From Gekko japonicus (lineage: Eukaryota): DNA of 64,000 nucleotides. A program made the position numbers and the translations under genes. The notes beneath the pieces are model-generated. The model was not told where the DNA came from. It ran no database searches and saw only the letters and a program-made list of their open reading frames with translations. The stretch spans positions 410,662 to 474,661 of the forward strand of contig NW_015175992.1 of the NCBI RefSeq assembly GCF_001447785.1, given 5' to 3'. Below, one piece after another: positions 25,481-38,976 of the stretch (positions within the stretch are counted from its first letter, which is position 1; each line of letters begins with the position of its first letter).

Positions 25481-28265
25481 CGCTTCAGTACTTTTCTCCA
25501 GTTATTGACATGACAGCAGTTAGAAGGAACTGGCAGAATGTCCACGCCCTGCCCCCTTGGGCATGCACAGTGGGGTTCCCACGCGTGCTTGGGAGAGAGG
25601 CACGAAAATCCCATTGTGAGCTTTGTATATCAGTGATTTGGATCAGCGCAGGCGCATAATCCCGTAGGTGTGACTGCACACATGACCACTCGAAGATCAT
25701 CAGTTACAGGTAAGCAACCTGGTTTTTTTGTCCTACAAAATGAGGGCTAGCAGAGATATGCAGAAGAGGCAGGCATGCAGGATGGGGGGGGGTTGCTTGT
25801 AGCAATACATGGGGCATAGATATAGAAATACATATCTCCTTTTCCTAGCATGGAGATGCCTTGAAGGGAAAAATATGATACTCATTGTAAATTTCTGCTC
25901 AATATACAACTAATGAATCATAATCACCTTGCTAAAACTTCATTGAACTGAACATGGCAACTGTACTTAAAATTCATATTTTAACCCAAATTGTAAAACA
26001 GTGAGAGCTAGATGTTCAGGCATCAGAAAGATTCTCTTACCTCATCCTTTCTCTGAAATATGACATGTAACCAAGAGAAATTGCTTATTTTCACTTGGAC
26101 CATATTTAGGGCTGTTAACAGACCCAGTGAAAGAGAGCATATCCCTTAAATAGGAGCTTGCTTGATATGTGGAAATGGGCAGGGAGATAAATGTCATCTG
26201 GTTGATAATATCCATAAAAGGAATTCCCCCCCCCCTCCAGGCTGTTGGCAATTCTAACTGTTAAAGGACTGAGAATGGGCATGTACTCACCTACCTGCTA
26301 TAGATCTGTATTCTGCTTTTCTAGCATAAAGAGCTCTAGGTTCATTTGGGCTATCTGTCTGTCATACATAGGTTTAAAGGACTGGGACATGCAGCAGGTA
26401 TTGGGACGAGTAGGGCTTCCATCCCCCACACCCTCAGTAGTTCTTTTGTAGTTTTAACACCCATATGAGAGACACACAGGTCAATTTCACATTACCTTTC
26501 TAAACTGAATGGCTTCTATTATTATTGGCCCATCATGGAGTAAACTGGTACGTTGATGGCTGTTTCACACTGCATTCCCCTTCCAGTAAGGAGCCGTCTC
26601 TGAAGTGCTGTGGCCATTTCAAACTACCCCGCTTTCTTTCCCCGCCATTTCCCCCCATGCGCATGATCTCCAGGAGAGGAGTTTTGTGGGGTTTTTTAAT
26701 GTTCTATTGGGAATGCTATGATGCTGAAACAGGACGTCAAATCAGCGCAATAGTGCCACCATCGGTATGCCTAGACTCCATTGAGATACATGCAAGTGCT
26801 ACATCTGCCACCTGGAAACAAGTATCTCATTGGATACAGAGTTCAAGCTGGAGATCAGGGCACCAGAGATTGGTGAGACAGCTGCTGCTAACCCTTCCAT
26901 GCCCAGTGTGAGTGAGGGGGGAGGGATGGGTTTCCAGGTGATGCAGAGGCCCACATATTGGAGAGGCTGTTGCCACCTGGAGAGAAGCTGCTCATTGGGC
27001 AGCAGGTTTAGGCGGGAGATCAGGGTATCAGTGACTGGTGAGATAGCTGTTGCTAACGCAGCCTGATGTGCATCTATCCATGCCAAGAGGCGATTGCCTG
27101 GGGAGTGACTGGTAGAAAGCTGGATCAGGTATAAATGGCAGGGAGGCAAACCCCTTCTCTTTGTGGGTTGAAGTTGGTAAATGGTTGGCTTGTTTGATTA
27201 GAGTAGTCTTGTTGATCACCTGCAAGGAGGATGAGTGGGACAAGGGGAGGTAGCCTGGAAGAAGCAGGAGATTAGAGTCCTGCTGCTTTTCAACACTACA
27301 CCAAACTGGCTCTGGATTTCCATTCCACCTTTTTCAGCTTATTGAACAATTAAAGATGTCGACATGATTGGTCACAAAATTTGACTATGAATGTAAAAAT
27401 CAGGTTTTAAAAGAAACATAAGGACCATGCAGTAAGAAGGAAAGCAGTGACACCATTGCTTTGAGCTGCAGCCAGCTCTTGAAGCATTTTGGAATTTTTT
27501 TAGTTTTGGGGGGGAAATAACAAATGGTGACTCAATAAAGGTTTATAAAATCTAGGTGCATCTGACCTATTTCTGCTTGTCACAGTTATCACCTGAGAGG
27601 AGATGGAGAATTACTGGAATCTGAGTTGCAGTGTTACCACCTTAAGTCTGTGATATGGAGGAATTGCGAGCGAGAGAGTGTGGAGAGAGCAATTCCCAGA
27701 AACACCAAATGTCTGGGGGAAAAATCCATAACGGAAGAATAATCAGAATACAATTAGATTAGAGGCCCCTGCACAGTGAGGCTACTGCCACCAAGCCGTC
27801 CTCTTCCTCTGCTGTGGGCGTGCTCCCAGCTCGCTGTTCTCTCTCTCTTTCCCCCGGCTTCCCTGACCCACAGGATTTCCGAACACCCCACCACCCAAAA
27901 TTTCTGTCTACCCCCCTGAACTTGAGAGTGGCTGAAAGGAAGATTGAGTTTGGCTCTTTGCATTTTCACTTCCTGCAGGAGGATGGAGTTTAGAAAAACA
28001 CAGAATGAGCGACCGCACAAACCACTCCCCAAGAATCACACAGAAGCTTCCGTTTCAAAAAAATTCCCCGTCAGGCTCTGGGTCACCCGGCTTCCCTACA
28101 GCGAGCCGCCCACGCGGTAGAGTAGGCTGGCTGGCTGGCTGGGTGGGTAGGGCGAGCGGGGGGATCTCGAGAGTCTTGTTGCCCTCCTCTGCCGTCTCCC
28201 CCCCCCCCCCCCCCTCTTTTTTTTTTTACCTTTCTCTGTAGGATTAAGTCTACCACGCCCATGAG

Positions 28266-28335
28266 TGCATGCGCATGCGAGTTCCTATCAATCATCTTGT
28301 GTCGCCGAGAGTACGTCACAAGGAAAATGGCGGCG
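28266..28335 (+). promoter_or_regulatory. MTO1 CpG-island promoter: NRF1 (TGCGCATGCG), CRE half-site, YY1 (AAAATGGCGGC)
   Basis: Motifs 140-210 bp upstream of the ATG inside a CpG-rich stretch (about 28000-28730). Confidence 0.6.
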
Positions 28336-28476
28336 CGCGCACAGTGTGCTGGACTGGAGACCGGCGGTCCTTCCGAGCCCTGATTTGGTCGTCAGGTTCC
28401 TGCCTCCCTTTAGCTGTGGCTTCGCGGGGTGGTGGGTGCCGCCAGTCTTTCTGTTCTGCCTCCCCCGCAGACACGC

Positions 28477-28708
28477 ATGTTGTCCTTGGGTCGCAGCGCG
28501 CGCCGGGTCGCGGCGACTCTGGTTCCCCAGACGTGGCTCTGGTGTGCGAGGAATGACACAGCCTCGACAGTTCGTCGCCTCAGCTCTCCCTCTCCGAGAT
28601 ACGACGTTATTGTCATCGGGGGTGGCCACGCGGGCGTAGAGGCAGCCGCGGCGGCAGCTCGGCTGGGAACCCAGACACTGCTTCTCACGCATAAGATAGA
28701 TACCGTAG
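28477..28708 (+). CDS. MTO1: MTO1 exon 1 (presequence and FAD-binding GGGHAG)
   Basis: [10 protein letters not shown]...[23 protein letters not shown]...; donor G|GTAAAG; 12 exons sum to 2040 nt = 679 aa with consistent phases. Confidence 0.92.
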
Positions 28709-29029
28709 GTAAAGAAGAATGAGAAGAAAGTCGATCGGTCTTGCTGAGTTAAATCCTTATTGCTTTGGAGTAACGTGCACAACAGATGCCTGTTGCTAAC
28801 TGTTTTTTCGGGGAGCAAGTGTAGATAACACGACCTCAGGGTATGCCCCTCAGGATGTCAATGCTGGATGAATTTTTCCTCTCCTGTAGTGCTGGTAATT
28901 GGGCTGTCCCATGAAGTTGAAAGATGATAGATTCAGGACAGTCAGGTTTGCTGCGCAAAGTGTTAATTGTGGAATTTTTTGAGCACCTGTGTATTAAGTG
29001 TTCTTAAGTCACTTTTGACTTAGGGTGAC

Positions 29030-29230
29030 TAGTGTTCCCTCTAAGCTGAGTTAGTGTGATGTAGCTGACAGTTTTTTAGCCTCTGGCTCACACTTTTGTC
29101 GTAGCTCAGAAAGGATGGCTCCAAAGCAAACTGATTTATGCAGAAGCCAAATTACTAGCTCATAGTTTTAATGCCAGTAGCTCACAAAGTTTAATTTTTG
29201 CTTACAAGACTTTACAGCTTAGAGGGAGCA
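29030..29230. mobile_element. MITE inserted in an RTE-BovB-like fragment (about 29000-29480)
   Basis: TIRs TGTTCCCTCTAAGCTG / CAGCTTAGAGGGAGCA; the host resembles 62600-62850. Confidence 0.65.
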
Positions 29231-30229
29231 GACCCTATGAATTAATGACCTCAAAAACATCCAGTTATTAATAGCCTTGCTCAGGTTCAGGTCTTGCAAA
29301 CAGAGGGCCCTGGCTTCCTTTATTGAGACCATCCATCTCACCTTTGGTCTTCTCTGTTCCTGCTGCTTTCTAGTTTTCCTATCATTATTGTCTTTTCCAA
29401 TGAGTCTTGTCTTCTCATACTGTGACCTAAGTACAATAGCCTCAGTTTAGTCATTTTCAGCATTTGATCTAGAACCCATTTATTTGTGGTAGGATGGATA
29501 AAATGTATGTGATCATATGATATGGATAACCATGTGACTTAAAAAAACCCCCAACAACTTGGCCAGATGCTAACAGCTCCTTGTTTTTGACTTTCTGTAT
29601 TATAAGCTGCAGTGAGTTCTCCACAACCTGATTGGAGCCCTAGGGATTTGGAGACTTCTTTCCTCTACTTTAAGCTTTATTAACTGAAAAAGACTCTTAG
29701 TAAAGACTGTTCTAGCTACTAGGCTGCTGGGGAATTTCCATTTGCAGCCAAAGTGTGTGTGTGTGTTGGGGGGAGAGGTAGACCAAATGCTGGCAAAGAT
29801 GAACTGGTTTCAGACTACAAAGTTCACAAGCTACCTTCCATGGTTTCAACCTCAGCTCCACACAGAGCAGGGAGTGCCATGTGTGTGAATGTGGGTGCAG
29901 TTTCTTTCCCTGATGCATGACATGAGAAATTGCCTTTATGTTAAATGTTTACAGCTTGAAATATGTGAGGGAGATAACTGCTATTCATCTGACTGTGGCG
30001 TGAAGTACTAAAATGTTTCTTATGCAGATGAGTTGAAAATATTTCTTTCTCAGATTCAGATATAGGCACACCCAAATATGATGTCTAAATTTTAAGTACT
30101 GGTAAAATGTGAACTGACATTCATACTGTTAGGTGAGTTTCTCACCTAAGGCCGCTACATCTAAATCTTTACAAATAAGCAGAATCACAAAGTCTGTTTT
30201 CTCAAAGAGAAGAGCTTAAAATGCTGGGA

Positions 30230-31190
30230 CCAGCCCCATAACCAGAAATTTTGGGTTGGTGGGGCATGGGGAAATTTTGTGGGGCAGAAAGGGGGGGGAA
30301 GGAGAGGGGCAGCCCCATGGCATGCCTTCCCTGATCTCCAAGCTACGATTAGCCGCTTGGAGATCAGGTGCAGGTAGCCGCCCAGCTCGAAATACAGCAT
30401 TTAAAGGTAACCCTTTAAATGCTGTTTTTTGGGGGAGGGGGGTTTGCACACTTTCCCTGATCTTCAAGCAGCAATTTTGCTGCTTGGAGATCAGGCGTGG
30501 GCAGCCCCTGCTAGAAAAACAGCACGTAAAGGGAACCCTTAAATGCTGTTTTTCTAAACAGGGGAGGCAGCTACCTGCCGCCTGCCCGCCTCCTCTAGGA
30601 GCATTCAGAAGGGCAGGGAGCATCAGGCACCATGAGCTGCCCTGACCGAGCGGGAAAGCGATGCCCAGTCTGAGCTGGTGCACAAAACTCTTAAACGAAG
30701 GGAAATTGACTCGTGCACCCCACTACCCCAGTGGGAAATCCCATTGTGGTCAATTTCACCCAGGAGCCAGTGACCACTCCTGCAAGGGAGAGGGGCGGCT
30801 GCACACTTTCCCTGATTTTCAAGCCGTGATTTTGCCACTTGGAGATCAGGGAAAGCCTGCGGCTAGCCCCCCTAACAAACAGGATTTAAAGGGTTCCCTT
30901 TAAATGCTGTTTTTTAAGCAGGGGCTGCCTCTGTCTGGGAAAGTGTGTGCCCCCCCACTAGAAAAACAGCAATTAAAGGGTTCCCTTTAAATGCTGTTTT
31001 TCTAGGGTGGCTGCAAGATTTAAAGGGCCCTCCAGCTGGTTGGCGGGCTACGTGCTCACAGATTAGTTGGAGGGCCCTTTTAATGCCACAGGAGGGGAGG
31101 GAGAGAAGGGGGGCGAGGGGCAGCAACTTTTGTGTGGCATGCATTCCGTTTGAGGGGGCACAGCCCCCAAATGCCCCACCATAGCTACGG
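30230..31190. mobile_element. Non-autonomous DNA-transposon-like element with internal palindromic subrepeats
   Basis: Repeated AAAGGG(A/T)(A/T)CCCTTTAAATGCTGTTTTT and CTTGGAGATCAGG units. Confidence 0.5.
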
Positions 31191-31399
31191 GTCAGGCTGG
31201 GACTAAGTGGTGCAGGAAATAAAATGCTGAGTACTAGAAATCTAGTCTCAACCCTTGCTGGGGTGATCTGTTGCAAACCTTTCAGCCTAACCTAACATAA
31301 AATTTTGAAGGTAACCTGTATAACATTATATGTGTGTTTGTCTTGAATTCACGCTAGTTTTCCTCATTATCCCAACTAACAGGGAGTGCATTCTTGTTA

Positions 31400-32060
31400 A
31401 ATCTCCTGAATATCCTGGCAGCATTTGATACCATTGCCTATACCGTAAAGATCTCTACATGGGGCTGACTTTGAAAAAGGTCCAGAAATCAGCTCATCCA
31501 AAACAAGACTGTCAGGGGTTGTATGGTGCTGAAAGACCTGCTCTGGCTGCCAGTTTGTTTTCAGACTCAATTCAAGGTGCTGGTTCTTACCTTAAGACCC
31601 CAAATGGCTTGGGGCCAGGGTACTTGAAGGACTGCTTACTCCCATACTGTCCAACCCACCAATTGAGGTCTGTCTTTCAAGCCCTACTGTCTGTGCCCCC
31701 AATTTTGGAGTTAATGCAAGTTGCAACTAGAGACAGGGCTTTTTCAGTAGTGGCACCTCACCTATGGAATATCCTTCCTCTTGAGGCTCACATGGTCCCT
31801 GTGCTACTTTCTTTTAGCTGCATGCCAAAACATTTCTGTTAACCCAGGCTTGGTCTTCTAACACCATTTTTATAGTGTGCTTTCAGCTCGAATATTGTTG
31901 CTGCTTAATTATTTCTGTGTAATGCTTTGGGTGGGGTTTTTTTTTTAAAAAAAATCTGGGTTTTAATCAACAACTTTTAAAGTTTTATGCTTGGATTATG
32001 TTTTATTTTGTAAACTGCCTTAGCCAGATTCCATTGGAAAGGTGGCATAAAAATTTTCCA
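31400..32060 (+). mobile_element. L2-type LINE 3' fragment
   Basis: GLGPGYLKDCL...RAFSVVAPHLWN. Confidence 0.6.
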
Positions 32061-32370
32061 ATTTCCATTGGAAAGGTGGCATAAAAATTTTAATGGAAAA
32101 GACGGAAGGGGAAGTACACAGTTTACTGCCCTACTGAATTATATGCTTAGTGACTTCAGTTCTGAGTCTTTATGTGGTTCTCAGTTGGTGTCATTTTGAC
32201 AGTTTTGTAGGTCAGATCTCAGACATATTGAGGAGTTTGCTATAGACCCCAGCTTTGGCAAACGTTAAAAGGGTGGGAACTTTGTACATTAAAGTGTTTT
32301 GTTGAGCCATATAGTATAGGTGTTTCATTTAACATCTACAATATCAGTGAGCCAGCTTGTCCTGATGGCA

Positions 32371-32418
32371 ATATATATCTATATCTATCTATATATCTAT
32401 ATCTATCTATATATATAG
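32371..32418. repeat. (TA)/(TATC) microsatellite
   Basis: Direct inspection. Confidence 0.9.
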
Positions 32419-32971
32419 GTGTTTGTTTATCATGCTTGCAGTATAATCCTGTGCAAAATTACTACTCCAATCTAAGCCCATCGACTAGAGTAAATTCATA
32501 GGATTGCACTGTTAGACACTTTTAGGTTTCTGTTCTGACACTCCATCCAAGCTTGTATTTTGTACATGCATAACCTGACCAATTTCTGAGATTTACCATA
32601 AGGTTTGTCTAATGAAGCTTGTTGCAATGCTAAAATTAAATGTTTGAAAGTCATCTGATTAAGAGACCATTTAACCATACTTGAGATTAGGAAATGTCAA
32701 GTCATCTTGTGGTTAATAGTAAGATTTGAATTAAGACAAACCATAATATTTAATTTCTTGTTGTTGGGTTTCTGGTGTGTGTGTTTCCCATTTCAATGCA
32801 TTTCGTTTCTTTAGCTGAACAATGGATAAATTGCATAAAGGGAATGTTGGTAACAGATCAAAAGCCTACTAGCTTTGGGTGCTATAACCCAGGTCTCTAG
32901 TCCAACATGTAATTTATACTATGCCAAACTGGGGCAGTGGAGGGAGGTGGAACTAAAGTATAAGCTTGTAA

Positions 32972-33232
<261 letters not shown>

Positions 33233-34688
33233 TAGAGAAGAACCCGGGGACACACACACACACACACACAATGTGGAAAGACTCATAAGATGTGAGATGG
33301 GGTAAACGGGTGAACAAAAGGACCCCAAAGGGGCAAAAAATTTAGACCCTAGATATATTAAAATAGATGTCTCCTATCTTTATAATCTGGAGGCACCTTA
33401 GATTGTCTTCTGATTCACACATGGAATGTGACTGACATTTGGGTGGCTCCAATAATAGCATGCATTTGTTTTTTAAATGTATAAATTGCAGCCAACAACA
33501 GTTTTCCAAAGTACTGTACAAAACATTAAAATGAAGAGACTTGATTGGGAAAATGTATTTATTGCTTTTATAGTTAAATCTCTCTGATTGTAATTTTTTG
33601 GCAGGGGGTGGGGAAAGATTTATGATCATTTCGAAAAAATGGGATTGGGTATGAGCCAAGATAATAGAACTAAGCAGTCTATCAGTAACCTTAAATGCAA
33701 ACTTTCACAAGCTTTACTTTCAAAGTGGTACCTGACATCTAAACTGATCCTGATTTGACACTGTATGACAGAAACCCTTAGATCAGAGGTATCGAACTCA
33801 TTTGTTACAAGAGCCAGATCTGACATAAATGTCACTTTGTTGGGCCAGGCCATGTGTGCCATAAAATATAATGCCAGGTACAGGAGATATAAACTTTATA
33901 AAGCACACAGGCAAACCCAATTAACGATATTATTTTCCACTCAAAATCCAAACAAAAGCAATTGATTTCTAGCAGTGGAAGCAATTGATTTATTGGGGAG
34001 CCCACAAAAGCCCCAATAAATATATTTAATCATGTGGAAGACTAGTTTTTTTCCAAGGGATACCATAAAGGGGGGGGGGGGTGTTCTTACATTTCCATAC
34101 ATACCAGTTGCTTGCGGGCCGAGGCCTTATGTAGATTATCTTTGTCTGTGCATAAATTGTTCATTTTAGGTAGATGGATACTGTTAAAGAAATGGCTCCT
34201 CAAACCCTAAAATAAAATATTGTAAAATGTGTTGTGGGGACCAGAAACCGGGGGTATTTTTTACTTTTTTTGGCTGAGGAAATTACCAGTTCAGTGAGGA
34301 AACTGACAAAAAGTGGCACAGACTAAGGGAAATGTCCTCAGAATTGCAGACAAGCGTTCATCAATAATGTTCATCTTTTGAACAGTTAAAGGAAACTTTC
34401 TTTTAGATGTCTTCTGTTTTTGTAATGTAAGGTAAATTTGCCTTCAAATTGCAGCTTAAATATAGTGGGCTGTTTTGTGCTCAGATAGGTGATTAAATGT
34501 AAATGTTTATGCCAGTTGACTTTGCAAAGGGGCACTGGAGGAATGTGAGGTGAATTTTCACCACAGTGCTTGCATAAAGTTAGGAGATGTCCCTGAGAGA
34601 CAGAAGGCATTCTGTTTGCTCAGGATTCCTCAAAAAGGTCCTGTCAGTGTGAGTACACCATCTCTTAATATTTCTCTTTTCCAAGTAG

Positions 34689-34806
34689 AAAGAAATTCTC
34701 CAAACGCCCTGTCTGACAGTGTGTGAGGCATCTGTGGAAGATCTTCTACTGACAGAACCAGAAGCTGGGAGTCCTGGGAAATGCTGTGTCAGCGGAGTCA
34801 TTCTGG
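34689..34806 (+). CDS. MTO1: MTO1 exon 3
   Basis: [21 protein letters not shown]...VSGVIL; AG/GT boundaries. Confidence 0.92.
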
Positions 34807-36209
34807 GTTAGTACAGGAGGAAAGCTGCTTCCTGGAACAGACCTGTCTTTCTGCCTTCATATGAAGCTGAATCCTTAAGTCACAAGAAAAAAAATATCCA
34901 GTAGTCTTATCTGATTATGCAGTGTAACAGTAATAGAACATGGCATTTTTGACCTTGTGTTATCTATTTCCTGTATGTTCACTTCACTCCAGTATCCAGG
35001 TGAGTGGGTGAGAATGGCTTCTTGTTGAACCTGTTGCTCGCACTAAGCTTTTGAAAAGTCATAATCAGTTCATAGATGGTGGTCATAGATAGATCATAAT
35101 CAGTGGTGGAATGTGCTGACTTTGTTATTGTACAGTTACCCTTCTTGAGATGAGAGTTGCATGTGATTATGGTCTGGTTGATTGCTTTTGCGTGATGCAT
35201 AGTCTTTTGTATTTTGTAATGGCCAATGGCTTAATACAATAAATTTACTTGTACTAGTAATTACAGAGGAACTGGAGAGCTGGACTGCATGGGATCATGT
35301 CAGTAAAGATTAGCACCATAATTACCTTAAATACTGTCATACTGCAAGACCAGATTATTGAAGTTTTTGCATGTGCACTTTCACCTCTGTTAAAGGGACT
35401 CCAAAATATCTTAGGTTATCAGATGTAATGTAGTTCACATGAGTTAGACCTCTTACTTTCTGATCCTCAGCAAGTTTATCAGGAAGTGAATCACCCTGCT
35501 CTGCTGCCTCAGAGGTACAGAGGCTGGTGCTCAAATTCTGGCAGTTGTTAGGTAGTAGTCTGTATGCTTGGGCCTGCTGCTTCAGTTTCAGATTCCTAGG
35601 AAGGGTTCAGCATGTAGATGGATCCAGAAAGCAGTGAGTTTCAAGTGAGTGTTTGTGACATGTCAGCATTTGAACAGGTAATCAGTAACCCATGCAAAGG
35701 CAAGAGGTACTTTGGTGGTTTTGCTATGTAAACGTGATTGTTTGAATCCACCCTGACCTGAAGGTGTGATGACTTTCCAAGGTTTGGGATGGGGCCACAT
35801 TGGGCTGCTGAGAGTGATGCAAGGAGAACAACTGGCTCAGACTGTTGTCTGACTTTTTTCTGGATCAATGTCATCCCAATGCAGAAAGTTCTGCTGTTCT
35901 GGTAGTTTAAATATATGACCCTTCCGATGCTCACAGATCAGAAAAGCCAGGGTGCATTCAGCCTTCCATATATGTCTCCACACACACCCCATGATAAAAA
36001 GAATACATGTGACATGGAACTGAAAGATGTCTTTTCCTAAACTACATATTTCCTCTTGAAAAGTTCTTATGGTGGTGGGGGGAGTTCAGGTTGCTTTAAT
36101 GAAATGTTATGATGGTACATCATAGAAAGGCACTGCTTCCTTTATGGTCAGGGAACCGTCTGGTGTGCTAAATCTACCCCAACCTGCTTCATTTTTTTCT
36201 CTCTCCCAG

Positions 36210-36499
36210 GGGATGGAAGGAGAGTGCATGCTGGGAGCGTTATTCTGACCACAGGGACGTTTCTAAGAGGGATGATCCTCATTGGACTGGAAATGCATCC
36301 TGCTGGGCGGATGGGAGATCAGCCCTCCATTGGCCTTGCTCAGACTTTGGAGAAGTTGGGATTTACTGTGGGCAGACTCAAGACCGGGACTCCACCCCGG
36401 CTGCTGAAAGACTCCATTGACTTCAGTGTTATGGCGAGACAACGGGCTGACGACCCTCCTGTGCCGTTCAGCTTCCTTAGTGAAGCGGTGTGGATCAAG
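36210..36499 (+). CDS. MTO1: MTO1 exon 4
   Basis: [11 protein letters not shown]...[11 protein letters not shown]; AG/GT boundaries. Confidence 0.96.
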
Positions 36500-37920
36500 G
36501 TGTGGAATCCTGAGCAGGCATGCTGCTTGTAAAGTTTATACAGGGAAGTCTGTCTGACTCTCTGAAGCTACTGAATGCCTCTGTATTGCCTGTAGCACTT
36601 GAGGAGGATATTCTGAAACACCTGCTTTGATGTGGAAGGGACTTGACTGCTGGAGTCACAGCACTAGCCAGACATGTGGGGGTGCCTGAATGACTATTAT
36701 ATTTATCTATCCTTGTTAAAAATTGTTGGGAGTCGTGCGAAAGGTTACTTTGAAGTCTTTCCTCCCCATTTCTATTACTGTCCTTCAGAACTGCCTGCTT
36801 TAGAATTCATTTTAGGATATCAACCCTCCTAGATACGTAGGACTCTGAGTAATTTAAATATCATTTTTCCACTTCACCAGTGGCCTCTTGCCTCTGAAAG
36901 TTACCCTGTGATATGTAGATGAGGGAAATCTTTGATCCTTGCAGCCACCTACACAGTTATTCTCAGTGTGTCATTATCTTTCTAAGCGTGAACATACTTT
37001 GGTCTTAAGACAGACTGATAAAATTCCAAATGGTTCAAGTTAATATGTCTACTTGAAAACCAGGGGTTGGCCATTTTATAATCTTTTCTGCTTTTTTTAA
37101 AGATTATATCCACACAGAACAAAAGTGTTGCTTTCCTGAGGGATCCACACATTACAGTTATCTAATAGGGCTCTGGAATAGGATGAAGATCTGAGTCACT
37201 TGACTATGCAACAGACTTTGTGACCTTTGCATAGGATTGCAGATTTAGTGATGTATTGAATTTCCTCCAGTCCAACCTTACTGAAATTAACAGATACACT
37301 CTGCAACTCTAAATAGTGGTATGGCTTAGAAAGGGTGCAATTCTCTTTAGAAATGCCCTGTTAACATTTCAGTAACTGCAAAGAATTGCACTGATAGCTG
37401 TGTGATGTTATGCTCTCTTTAATAGAAGTATATGCTGTTAAAATAAGTTAAAACGGCCTTAGCACTGAATATATTCAAGACTAGAACCTAACCTGTATTT
37501 CTATATTGTTAGCAGTAGGTAGAAATAGTGATTTTACATTTTATATTCCAGTACACTCAGGCAGCAAGATGATGAACTAAAGACTTTTAAAATGGTTATC
37601 TATAAAGGTTAATATGAAAACAACAACAATAATAATTAAGAATTATTGTATGGCATTGTGTATAGAATAGCCAGGAGATTCTAAGATTGTCTGGCAGCAA
37701 AAAGTTCTAGCTCTTTAGTGTTATGCACCACTACGTGGCAAGCTAGACTTGTTTTAAGGCAAGAGACGTTTCAGATACTAACCAAGGCTGACCCTGCCTA
37801 GCTTCCAAGAGCTGACGGGATTGGGCTAGCCTGGGCTATCCAATATGAAAATAAACCACCAGGTATACAGATGTATCCTAATTCGTTCATGAAATCAAAG
37901 TAGTTCTTGCTCTTTTTCAG

Positions 37921-38033
37921 CCAGAACATCAGCTTTTATGTTACCAGACCCATACCAACCCCAAAGTGGAACAGCTCATCCGGGACAACCTTCACCTGAA
38001 CAATCACATCAAAGAGACAACAAAAGGACCTCG
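37921..38033 (+). CDS. MTO1: MTO1 exon 5
   Basis: [13 protein letters not shown]...KGPR; AG/GT boundaries. Confidence 0.93.
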
Positions 38034-38332
38034 GTAAATTTTCCTTTGTATTATCATCTGTGTGGAGTTAGGACACTTCAGAATGACATAAGTAAAAAAC
38101 ACAGGTCTGTGCTGTAAGGAGCTTACAAGCTATCGTTTGACAGAGAGGGAGGCAACAGGGAGAGGAGGGGAGGAAAGGACCAGGGTAACAGAAAGAATGA
38201 GACAAGGACTACAGTACTAAGAAAAAGCATCTGTCCATACTCTTGCACTCCTTCAGGTAATCATGTGAAACATATGGCTAGCCCTTCTCTCCATGTCAGC
38301 ATCCTGATTTAGCTGGTTATTCCTGTGTCTAG

Positions 38333-38523
38333 GTACTGCCCCTCACTTGAGTCTAAAATTCTGCGTTTTCCAAACCGTGTGCATCAGCTCTGGCTTGAGC
38401 CTGAGGGTCTAGATTCCAATGTCATCTACCCACAGGGAATGTCAATGACGTTGCCATCTGAAATCCAGGAGGAGCTTGTCACTCACATTAGGGGTTTGGA
38501 GAAAGCAAAAATTGTGCAGCCAG
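38333..38523 (+). CDS. MTO1: MTO1 exon 6
   Basis: [12 protein letters not shown]...WLEPEG...[10 protein letters not shown]. Confidence 0.96.
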
Positions 38524-38589
38524 GTAAGATATCACATTTCTCCAATCAAATGAGGCTGTATGTCAGCACCTGGGAGAACATTCTGTATA

Positions 38590-38810
38590 CTTTTATTTAT
38601 TCATTTATACCCCTCTTTTCTCCTTCGTGGGGGAGCCTTAGCTGCTTACATAATTCTCCTCCATTTTATCCTCACAACAACCCTGTGAGGTAGGTTAGAC
38701 TGAGAGAGAGTGACTGGCCCAAGTCACCCGGCATGCTTCCATGGCAAGAGTGGGGGTTCCAACCTGGGTCTCCCAGATCCTAGTCTGACATCCTAACCAC
38801 TACAACCACA
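38590..38810 (-). mobile_element. tRNA-derived SINE with L2-type tail
   Basis: ATTTTATCCTCACAACAACCCTGTGAGG...CTAACCACTAC; related copies at 51715-52450. Confidence 0.6.
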
Positions 38811-38976
38811 ATTGCTCTGTAGTAGTTTAACAGATCTACAAACCCGCACAGTATGGTGCATGTTTTTATGGTCCTGAAATGTGCATGTTCACAGACTTTT
38901 ATCTTGTGAGCATGTTTGTCTGAATCCATGCAGCAAACATTTCCCACATTGATTCCTTTGATTTTGCTTCTCCTAG

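Larger units (their letters stand above)
17275..25725 (+). mobile_element. DIRS1-like tyrosine-recombinase retrotransposon, structurally complete but decayed (inverted terminal repeats plus ICR)
   Basis: gag-like region 18060-20250; RT/RNase H/methyltransferase-like region 20252-22100; YR about 22140-23500; ITRs 17275-17820 and 25500-25725; ICR 23542-23638 complementary to both ends. Confidence 0.92.

Noticed and set aside
30230-31100. CRISPR-like spaced palindromic repeats
   Set aside because: Eukaryotic DNA with irregular spacing and orientation; internal subrepeats of a DNA-transposon derivative also seen near 8200-8410
32028-32092. Short tandem duplications (also 7709-7750, 40827-40887, 59271-59300)
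   Set aside because: Ordinary intronic slippage or repair duplications with no evident function
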